Source of the DNA: a bacterium
Lineage (GTDB): Bacteria; Zhuqueibacterota; Zhuqueibacteria; Zhuqueibacterales; Zhuqueibacteraceae
Reading direction: 5' to 3'
Assembly (NCBI GenBank): GCA_044869275.1
Contig: JBIOXB010000227.1
Span: 1-20,962, forward strand
Length of the DNA: 20,962 bases
This document shows positions 1 through 5,901 of the stretch, one piece after another. The notes under the pieces are model-generated. The model saw nothing but the letters and a program-made list of their open reading frames with translations, ran no database searches and was not told where the DNA came from. Position numbers and translations under genes: made by a program. Each line of letters opens with the position of its first letter. Position 1 is the stretch's first letter.

Positions 1-517
1 CGACTAGTGGATGATCTCGCCCTAACTGTTTTTCCAAAATCTCCAGGCTGCGGCGAAAGAGCGGCTCAGCGGCGGCATACTGGCCCTGAGCATGTAGTAA
101 TGCCGCCAGGTTATTCAAGCTGATTGCAGCATGGGGATGGTCTGGTCCAAGTTGCTTCTCTAGTATCTCCAGGCTGCGGCGATTGAGCGGCTCGGCGGCG
201 GCATACTGGCCCTGAGCGCGCAGCAATTCCGCCAGGTTGTTCAAGGCGGTTGCGACAGATAGATGATCCGGCCCAAGTTGTTTCTCTCGAATCTCCAGGC
301 TGCGGCGATAGAGCGGCTCGGCGGCGGCATACTGGGCCTGAGATTTCAGCAAGAGCGCCAGGTTGTTCAAATCTGTGGCCACTTCGGGATGTTCCGGTCC
401 ATAAGCTTTCTCATCAATCTCCAGGGCGCGCCGATAGAGCGGCTCGGCAGCGTTGTAGAGTGCACGACCCTCTAAATAAAAGCCCATGCGTACTAACAAC
501 AATGCAAGCTCAGTCGA
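1..517 (-). repeat. Tandem 126-bp (42-codon) TPR-coding repeats, at least 4 units, continuing beyond the window edge
   Basis: The core CTCCAGGCTGCGGCGA..GAGCGGCTC.GCGGCGGCATACTGG.CCTGAG recurs at 41, 167 and 293, with a more diverged copy at 419. The period is exactly 126 nt. Confidence 0.9.
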
Positions 518-2149
518 TTCGATTTTACTTTTTTCGGCGTGTTCTGCCACTGCATATGAATGTGGCAGCAATCGCGCACACTCTGGCCATGATCGAATGT
601 CAAAGGTGCCGTCGGGCCAGGCATGTACCACAGTTTTGAGAACCGCCTCCGCCCACATTTTCTGTTCGCCTTCTCCAAGCCGATCCAGTGTCACCGCCTG
701 CACCAAGCGATGCAGAGAAAGTGTCTTGACACTCGCCTCCACCAGCGAGAAGCGCGCCAGACTGGCAATGGCGCGGTTGGTCTCCAAGGGTTTCGACAGA
801 GCTTTGGAGAGTTGCTCGGGCAAGTGTTTGCGCCCGTCAATGAGCAGCGAGCGCGGAATGTTGTCCGGCGCGAGAAAGGATAGAGCATTGAGCAGGTCCA
901 CCGCTACTGGGTCTTCAGTCTTGAGCTTTTGAAAGGAAATTTCCCAGGTGGTGGCCACGGTGGCGTCATATTCCAGCGGTTGGTGTTCTTGCAGCAACGC
1001 CGCGCAATATTGTTGGAACAAGGTCAGATAGTCAGCAAGACTCACGCCCGTGGCTTCCACATAGGCGCTGGCTTGTTCCAAGGCCAGAGGCAAGTCGCCC
1101 AGAGCATTGGCCACGGCGTTTGCGGCCTGCTCGTCTTGAGCGCCACTGCGGCGCAGCAAAAAGGCGAGGGATTCAGCACGGGGCCACACCTGCACTTTGA
1201 GCGCTTGGGCCACGCCTTTCCACTGTGGATTGCGCGAGGTGATGAGCACTTGTCCGCTCACCGCTTGTGGCAAATAGGGCAACAAGTCCTGCGGTTGTTG
1301 GGCATTGTCAAAGATCAACAGCCAGCCATTGTGATGATCGAGCCATTGCCGCACCGCGTGAATGATGGCGGTTTGATCTTGCGCTTCCTTCTCGGGCAGC
1401 TCGAGTGCCGTCGCCAGCGCGGAAAAGTCTGTGGCCAGGGTGGCTGGTTCTTCCGCGCGCAGCCACCACACGATTTGAAACTCCGGGGCGAAGCGATAGG
1501 CATATTCCAGCGCCAACTGGGTCTTGCCCACTCCGCCCAGGCCGTGAATGGCTTGTGCTTGGGTGAGGGCTGCGGTTTTGTCCTTGGTCAAGGCTGCACG
1601 CAGCTCGGCGAGCAGCTCGGCCCGGCCGGTGAAGTTGGGGTTGCGGTGGAAGGGGATGTTCCAAACTGCCGGAAGCTCGCCGGAGATCTGAAAGCGCAGA
1701 AACCGCGCCAGTTGTTCCGCAGGTGTGGCGGGCATTTGCGCAACCGGCTTTTGCGCGGAAAGTACTGCCTCGCGTAGCTGTGCCATGCCCTGGCTGACAG
1801 AGCTGAAGTCGAGGTACAGAAGATTAGAGAGCAGTGCCGGAAGCTCGGTCTTGTCCATCCGGCAAGGGACAATCAACTTGCGGAGAGCAACGGCGCATGT
1901 CCATTCCAGCTCCACCCAATGCGACTGCGCCGCGTCGCGCGACCAAGCCAGCAGCACGGTATCGCACCACGCCAGTGCATCGCTGATCTCCTTGGGGAGC
2001 ACGTCACCGGCGCGCACTTCGGCATGGTCGACCCACACTTCGGCGCCGGCGGCCATCAACTCGGTTTCAAGCCGGCGCACCAATTCCTTGTCGGCCCAGG
2101 AATGGCTGATGAAGATTTTGGGGTGAACAGCAAGCTGCGGAGCGGTCAT
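1..2149 (-). CDS. TIR-NB-ARC-TPR STAND NTPase (bacterial NLR-like protein). The C-terminus runs off the window start; 716 codons are visible.
   Basis: Manual translation of the complement from ATG 2149-2147 stays open to position 2. There is no stop, so it is missing from the ORF track; the + ORFs at 250-2248 are its antisense shadows. The N-terminus MTAPQLAVHPKIFISHSWADKELV...SHWVELEW is TIR. NB-ARC motifs: P-loop GLGGVGKT (1520-1543), Walker B WLLIFDNA, VLITSRN, GDLPLALEQA, and MHD-like SLHRLVQAV. The C-terminus has 42-aa KLC-type TPRs (YAAAEPLYRRSLEI.EKQLGPDHP..A..LNNLA.LL.AQGQ). GGGGA lies 6 nt upstream of the ATG. Confidence 0.88.
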   Translation of the reverse strand, partial: MTAPQLAVHPKIFISHSWADKELVRRLETELMAAGAEVWVDHAEVRAGDVLPKEISDALAWCDTVLLAWSRDAAQSHWVELEWTCAVALRKLIVPCRMDKTELPALLSNLLYLDFSSVSQGMAQLREAVLSAQKPVAQMPATPAEQLARFLRFQISGELPAVWNIPFHRNPNFTGRAELLAELRAALTKDKTAALTQAQAIHGLGGVGKTQLALEYAYRFAPEFQIVWWLRAEEPATLATDFSALATALELPEKEAQDQTAIIHAVRQWLDHHNGWLLIFDNAQQPQDLLPYLPQAVSGQVLITSRNPQWKGVAQALKVQVWPRAESLAFLLRRSGAQDEQAANAVANALGDLPLALEQASAYVEATGVSLADYLTLFQQYCAALLQEHQPLEYDATVATTWEISFQKLKTEDPVAVDLLNALSFLAPDNIPRSLLIDGRKHLPEQLSKALSKPLETNRAIASLARFSLVEASVKTLSLHRLVQAVTLDRLGEGEQKMWAEAVLKTVVHAWPDGTFDIRSWPECARLLPHSYAVAEHAEKSKIESTELALLLVRMGFYLEGRALYNAAEPLYRRALEIDEKAYGPEHPEVATDLNNLALLLKSQAQYAAAEPLYRRSLEIREKQLGPDHLSVATALNNLAELLRAQGQYAAAEPLNRRSLEILEKQLGPDHPHAAISLNNLAALLHAQGQYAAAEPLFRRSLEILEKQLGRDHPLV
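860..1627 (-). other. NB-ARC (STAND ATPase) module of the NLR-like gene (aa ~175-430)
   Basis: Ordered motifs GLGGVGKT, LLIFDNA, LITSRN and GDLPLAL. The helical part that follows ends in LHRLVQ. Confidence 0.8.
1796..2119 (-). other. TIR domain-coding segment of the NLR-like gene (aa ~11-118)
   Basis: KIFISHSWADK start strand, AGAEVWVD, and the S-x-W-x3-E signature SHWVELE. Glu82 is encoded by the complement of 1904-1906, at the position of the catalytic Glu of NADase TIRs. Confidence 0.75.
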
Positions 2150-2156
2150 GGGGAGT

Positions 2157-2232
2157 CCCCAAAACAAAACCAAAATTCAAAGCCCAAAATCCAAAACCAT
2201 TTTTGGATTTTGGGTTTTGAATTTTGGGTTTC
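2157..2232. repeat. Family-A hairpin H1: inverted arrays of CAAAATC/CAAAGCC-type heptamers (about 30-bp AT-rich stem, 4-nt loop)
   Basis: AAACCAAAATTCAAAGCCCAAAATCCAAAA / CCAT / TTTTGGATTTTGGGTTTTGAATTTTGGGTT. It lies between the antitoxin stop (2259) and the NLR start (2149). Confidence 0.85.
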
Positions 2233-2258
2233 CGGATTGTCCAGGTAAGATCCCGGAT

Positions 2259-2555
2259 TTAAATTGCTCTTTGATTCAAAATTCTCAGTACCGTTTTAGG
2301 CTCCCTGGCCAGCATATTGAGCAAAACCAAAGCCGCTCCTTTAGGTTCTCGATCACCACGTTCCCAATGGCGCAGAGTGCCGAGGCCGATGCCAAATGCC
2401 GCAGCAAATTGCGGCTGTGTCATACTGATATTTCCGCGTATTCTCTTCACGTCAACCTCAAAAGGCTTGTACACTCGTACTTTAATTTTTCTTCCTTCAG
2501 CAAACGCAATCGCATCCTTAAGGCTTCTTTCGATTCGTTTGTAGGCTTGGCTCAT
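2259..2555 (-). CDS. XRE-family HTH antitoxin, HigA-2 / COG2944-like (98 aa)
   Basis: ORF-track protein. The C-terminal half, ISMTQPQFAAAFGIGLGTLRHWERGDREPKGAALVLLNMLAREP, has the HTH layout of HigA-2-type antitoxins (recalled from memory, not searched). Its ATG overlaps the stop of the upstream toxin remnant (ATGA). Confidence 0.75.
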   Translation of the reverse strand: MSQAYKRIERSLKDAIAFAEGRKIKVRVYKPFEVDVKRIRGNISMTQPQFAAAFGIGLGTLRHWERGDREPKGAALVLLNMLAREPKTVLRILNQRAI

Positions 2556-2695
2556 TGCTTTGCTCCATATGTTTTCACCAAGATTGACACCAACTTCGCC
2601 AATTTGTTTTGTTCCGCTTTGGAGAGATTTGCCTTTTCATTTTTTCCAAAGATATTCAACAAAAACGTAATCCATTGGATGAGCGAATACAAGAG
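2552..2695 (-). pseudogene. Decapitated HigB-2 / RelE-fold (COG4737-like) toxin remnant; only the C-terminal ~47 codons remain, with no start codon
   Basis: The frame is open only from the TAG at 2698-2696 down to the TGA at 2554-2552: LLYSLIQWITFLLNIFGKNEKANLSKAEQNKLAKLVSILVKTYGAKQ. The ..LLNIFGKNE..L...Q..L segment resembles the C-terminus of V. cholerae HigB-2 (..FYLLTIYGKNEMSDLNANQRKQL.., from memory). The N-terminal ~60 residues are absent. Confidence 0.5.
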
Positions 2696-2709
2696 CTATT
2701 TCAGAGAGC

Positions 2710-2805
2710 TTAGTCGACCGAGTATCCTGCTTCTTCCAGATGCCAGGCGATCCATTCTGCCCAGGTTTTGTCGGCTTTGTTGTAGCTGATGAAGAAATCA
2801 TTCAT
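2710..2805 (-). pseudogene. 31-codon N-terminal fragment of a second TIR-domain gene
   Basis: ATG at 2805-2803, then MNDFFISYNKADKTWAEWIAWHLEEAGYSVD, then TAA at 2712-2710. This is a canonical TIR beginning (FISY..D..WA.WI...LE.AGY.V), but a TIR domain needs more than 120 aa. It differs from the N-terminus of the NLR, so it is not a local duplicate. Confidence 0.55.
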
Positions 2806-2814
2806 TTTGAGCAA

Positions 2815-2884
2815 AGAAATCCAAAATCCAAAGCTCAAAATTCAAAACCACTTTTGGATTTTGTGTTTTGAACTTTGGGCTTCC
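2815..2884. repeat. Family-A hairpin H2 (imperfect)
   Basis: ATCCAAAATCCAAAGCTCAAAATTCAAAACCAC / TTTTGGATTTTGTGTTTTGAACTTTGGGC. It overlaps the last ~14 codons and the stop of the anti-sigma ORF. Confidence 0.8.
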
Positions 2885-3861
2885 GGCTTGCCCGGCATAT
2901 GGATGGCGTCAAGATCGCGCAGCGCTTTTTCGGCGTCTGCCCGCCTCACCTGGCCCGGGTACTGCATCTGCAGTATCGCGTGATATTGGTCTGCTGCTTT
3001 GGCATAATCGCCACGCATGGCGTAGGCGCGCCCCATCAACCAAAGAATCTCTTCGGCCGCGGCCTCGTTGTTGCCCGCGTTTTCGCGCGCGCGCTGGAGC
3101 GAGGCAATGGCTCGGTCGAGCTTGGCCTGGTCGAAATAGAAATCGATGATAAAGATTCTTCTCGCGTCTGACAGTTGCGCCAATCCCAGCAAGTAATGCG
3201 CCCGCCAATCTTTTTCATTCACGGCAACGTATTTCCGCAAATTTGATCCCGCCTGTGCGAAATCGCCGCGCCGGATCAGGTCTTTTGCATTCTCGATCGG
3301 ATCTTGCGCAGAAACCGCGGCGCTGCGCGTGCTGCTCGACACCTCGCTGCTTAAATCAATGAGCGCCTGATAATGCGGGCTATCCCAGTCGCGCGGCTTT
3401 TGAGACAGGGCATACCACTTTCCCGCGATATTGAGTAGAACGAGGGCAGAGGCAAAAATCAAGATCGGTTTCGGCCACAGCGCCCGGACAAGATTTCCGA
3501 TGCCGTAGCCAAGTGCGCCCTTCAACTTCGTAAACACAGGCCACGACTTTGTGGAAGCTCCCTCTGCGCTCTGCGCCATGCGCTCTGCAATCCTCCGCCA
3601 GCGCACCTCATCGACGAGCGCAGGAGTTTCCGGCGCCTCATCTTGCAGCGCGAAGAACTCGATGATGTGCAGCAGCTCGGCGGCGCATGTTTCGCATTGT
3701 GCAAGATGCTCGCGCAGCCCGTCCGCGCGCTCGGGTGATAGCTCGCGTTGATGGTAGGCCATCAGTTCTTCACGCTGCGGACAGCGGCCGGGCGCCTTGC
3801 GTCCTGCGCGACCACTTTGGCGCATGAGCTGATCGAGCTCGCGATCGGATATGGGAGGCAT
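2842..3861 (-). CDS. Anti-sigma factor: N-terminal zf-HC2, one transmembrane helix, C-terminal TPR-like domain (339 aa)
   Basis: GGAG lies 7 nt upstream of ATG 3861. H-x3-C-x2-C motif EHLAQCETC, hydrophobic segment ILIFASALVLLNIAG, and TPR-like helices (GDFAQA.., GDYAKAADQY..). Confidence 0.75.
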   Translation of the reverse strand: MPPISDRELDQLMRQSGRAGRKAPGRCPQREELMAYHQRELSPERADGLREHLAQCETCAAELLHIIEFFALQDEAPETPALVDEVRWRRIAERMAQSAEGASTKSWPVFTKLKGALGYGIGNLVRALWPKPILIFASALVLLNIAGKWYALSQKPRDWDSPHYQALIDLSSEVSSSTRSAAVSAQDPIENAKDLIRRGDFAQAGSNLRKYVAVNEKDWRAHYLLGLAQLSDARRIFIIDFYFDQAKLDRAIASLQRARENAGNNEAAAEEILWLMGRAYAMRGDYAKAADQYHAILQMQYPGQVRRADAEKALRDLDAIHMPGKPEAQSSKHKIQKWF

Positions 3862-4046
3862 GTTTCACTCCGTTTGGTCGGCGTAGCTCTTCAGGAATTC
3901 TTTTAAAAGGGCAAAACAATTTGAGTGATTAGGGAAATGGGCTAAGAATCCAATTCATAAAGTCTTTTATATCCTTAGTGACACTTTTTTTCAACACAAA
4001 GAGCACGGAGTTTCACAGCGCGGCAGAGCCGCAACCAAAATGGCTA

Positions 4047-4109
4047 CACACGGATCAAAAAACCACACGGAAATTTTTAACTATCTGCGTGGTTTTTTAA
4101 TCCGTGTGG
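4047..4109. repeat. 22-bp-stem hairpin built from CACACGGAT motifs, followed by a T9 run
   Basis: CACACGGATCAAAAAACCACAC ... GCGTGGTTTTTTAATCCGTGTG (2 mismatches), with T9 at about 4119-4128. It sits in the sigma/anti-sigma spacer. Confidence 0.7.
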
Positions 4110-4360
4110 AATTCATCGTTTTTTTTTGCAAAGATCCCACTTATAGCTGGCTACGCCAGAAACTTTGTTAAAAAAGCTAAGTTTTGCGAGTTTGTGTTGT
4201 AGAGAGTTTTTGAGCATTTCGCAGAGTAAGACTTGCTCTGTGGCTCTCTGTGCGCTCGGAGTCTCTGTGTTGAAAAGCTTTTGCATTTTGTTGCCCAGTC
4301 TCCCAATGAACCAACAGTTTTGCCCTCAATAGTTTTGCCCTACAATTTGCACCCGAATAG

Positions 4361-5050
4361 CTACTTGCCGGTGCCATACTGTTGCAGGCAGGCGCGCAGG
4401 GCTTTTCTTGCTCTCTGCAATTGCTCCTTGACCGTATGCACCGCCACTTGCATTATTTTTGCGACCTCCTCCTGCGCATAGCCCTGCACACAAAACAGCC
4501 TCAACGTCTGCCGCATGCGCGGGGGCAGCCGCTCAATGCAGTCTTCCAGGCGCTGCAAGATCTGGTCGCGCTTCATGTCTTCGTCCGGGGAGAGTTGATC
4601 CGGCGCGGAGTCCGGCAAGGCTTCCGCCGCCGTGTCGTTCTGCACTCCTTCCCTTGCTTCAAATCTCCGGCGCCTTCTGCTTCTTCCGATGAAACGGCAC
4701 ATTTCATGATACGAAACCGCACGAAACCAGGAATCGAACTTCTCGGCTTCGGCGAGGGTGTCGAGATGGCTAAAGACCCGAATAAAGATTTCTTGCACGA
4801 CGTCGTCGCGATCGTGGTTGTTCATTCCGAAGCGGAAGGCCTGATAGTCCAATTTGGGGCTATAGTGGTCGTACAGGATTCGCCATTCCGGAAGTCGCTT
4901 GTAAGCGGTCTCCAGTTGTTCGCGGCGTGCGTGATCCGTCTCTGCTTTGATCTTTTCCCGCATTTCCTTGAGCGTACGGACCGCCTGCAAGACGCGGGAG
5001 CAAGGGCTTCCCACGCGCGTGGCTTGAACTGGTCCTGGTGTATGTTCCAT
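4361..5050 (-). CDS. ECF-type RNA polymerase sigma-70 family factor (229 aa from the preferred start)
   Basis: Region 2 is DDVVQEIFIRVFSHLDTL..FDSWFRAVSYHEMCRFI. Region 4 is LPPRMRQTLRLFCVQGYAQEEVAKIMQVAVHTVKEQLQRARKAL. I prefer ATG 5050, preceded by GGAGGTGGAG. The track start at 5122 lies inside repeat H3. Confidence 0.85.
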   Translation of the reverse strand: MEHTPGPVQATRVGSPCSRVLQAVRTLKEMREKIKAETDHARREQLETAYKRLPEWRILYDHYSPKLDYQAFRFGMNNHDRDDVVQEIFIRVFSHLDTLAEAEKFDSWFRAVSYHEMCRFIGRSRRRRRFEAREGVQNDTAAEALPDSAPDQLSPDEDMKRDQILQRLEDCIERLPPRMRQTLRLFCVQGYAQEEVAKIMQVAVHTVKEQLQRARKALRACLQQYGTGK

Positions 5051-5083
5051 CCGCTCCACCTCCGGAAGGAGAGAATTCAGAGG

Positions 5084-5214
5084 GCAAAGCACAAAATCCA
5101 AAGACCAAAATCCAAAGGCCAAAGCCCAAAATCCAAAAGGGAATTAATAACCTGGATACTGCTGATTGAGATCAATTTGGATTTTGGATTTTGAATTTTG
5201 AGTTTTGGTGTTTC
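5084..5214. repeat. Family-A hairpin H3: the longest copy, with about 7 heptamers per arm and a ~34-nt loop
   Basis: Left arm: CAAAATC CAAAGAC CAAAATC CAAAGGC CAAAGCC CAAAATC CAAAAGG. Right arm: TTTGGAT TTTGGAT TTTGAAT TTTGAGT TTTGGTG. Confidence 0.85.
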
Positions 5215-5433
5215 GCTTCGAACCGTGTAGTTCTTTTTCGAGGTGCGGGGTCTTTTAATTTGCAGGTCGATCAAATCTCTTAAATTCGTTGGAATTTTGC
5301 AAGACTAATTGTGATGCAAGGCCAAAAATTTTGAGAAAATTGGTCGGGAGGTCAGCGGCAATGGCGGAGTTGGGATCAAAGCTTTGCCCACAACTGCGCC
5401 AGAAACTGAAATTGACAATTGGTCGTTATCAAT

Positions 5434-5500
5434 TCGCCATTCGCCATTAACAATTGTCAATTGTGAACGGTCAATTGTGAATTGTGAATGATCAATGTCA
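5434..5500. repeat. Heptanucleotide tandem array (about 10 units, TCGCCAT / TGTCAAT / TGTGAAT)
   Basis: Reading in 7-nt steps from 5434: TCGCCAT TCGCCAT TAACAAT TGTCAAT TGTGAAC GGTCAAT TGTGAAT TGTGAAT GATCAAT. An inverted partner, ATTGACAATTG, lies at 5411-5421. Confidence 0.8.
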
Positions 5501-5677
5501 AAATGATTTAGTAAGAAACGGCCGCTTGGGGGCCGAATAAGCCGGGCTGAGCGGGGTGGGGATGGCCCGGCATAAAACTCTCATTGAGGCAGTTCCCTCC
5601 ATGACGGCGCTGGCAACGGAATTCACGCTGGCGCCGCCTCTTCTGCAAATTTGGCCATTCGCACGGTGGCCATTTAG

Positions 5678-5766
5678 CTTGACTATGTCGGATTTCAATA
5701 TGTCATGTCGATCTCGAAGCGGCCGGATCGAAATGGCGATTTTATTGCGAATCCGGCATAGTCAAG
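5678..5766. repeat. 89-nt element bounded by 17-nt inverted repeats
   Basis: CTTGACTATGTCGGATT ... AATCCGGCATAGTCAAG (1 mismatch, a G-U pair on the + strand). There is an inner TCGATC/GATCGA stem. Confidence 0.6.
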
Positions 5767-5901
5767 TTAGAATTGATTGATTGAGGGCACCAGATGATTT
5801 GGTAATGTTGCGATAAATTGAGCAAAAGCCCAGATACTTTAGAATTCCAACTGCAAGTCGATCCGCGACATTTCACCTTTCTCAGCGCGAGCATGGATTT
5901 C

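Noticed and set aside
250-2248. Plus-strand track ORFs 250-639, 263-475, 486-932, 623-883, 929-1777 (282 aa), 1725-2126 and 1919-2248
   Set aside because: All lie antisense to the uninterrupted 716-codon TIR-NB-ARC-TPR frame. They have low-complexity, Arg/Gly/Ala/Gln-rich compositions typical of shadow ORFs in GC-rich genes, and I recognised no motifs in them.
2148-2789. Plus-strand 213-aa ORF spanning hairpin H1, the antitoxin gene and the toxin remnant
   Set aside because: It begins inside the AT-rich hairpin (KTKIQSPKSKTIFGFWVLNFGF is a translation of heptamer repeats). It runs antisense to a well-supported HTH gene and has no recognisable domain.
5051-5122. Upstream start of the ECF sigma ORF (MAFGFWSLDFVLC...), and the TTG starts of the track ORFs at 7065 (aminotransferase) and 8306 (dapD)
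   Set aside because: The extensions lie in repeat DNA or use TTG without a ribosome-binding site. Internal ATGs with Shine-Dalgarno sequences, or with family-typical N-termini, are better supported.
5215-5260. ECF-type promoter upstream of the sigma gene (minus strand ..AAGAACTACACGGTTCGAAGCG..)
   Set aside because: It rests only on a generic GAAC motif. The spacing and the -10 element cannot be justified without knowing the ECF group.
5521-5565. Possible RNase P RNA 3' region: the minus strand reads CAGCCCGGCTTATTCGG, reminiscent of ACAGAACCCGGCUUAUCGG
   Set aside because: The universally conserved GAGGAAAGUCCGGGC and GGUAAGAGCGCACC-type blocks are absent from the ~400 nt upstream on that strand. 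A single 10-nt resemblance is not evidence.
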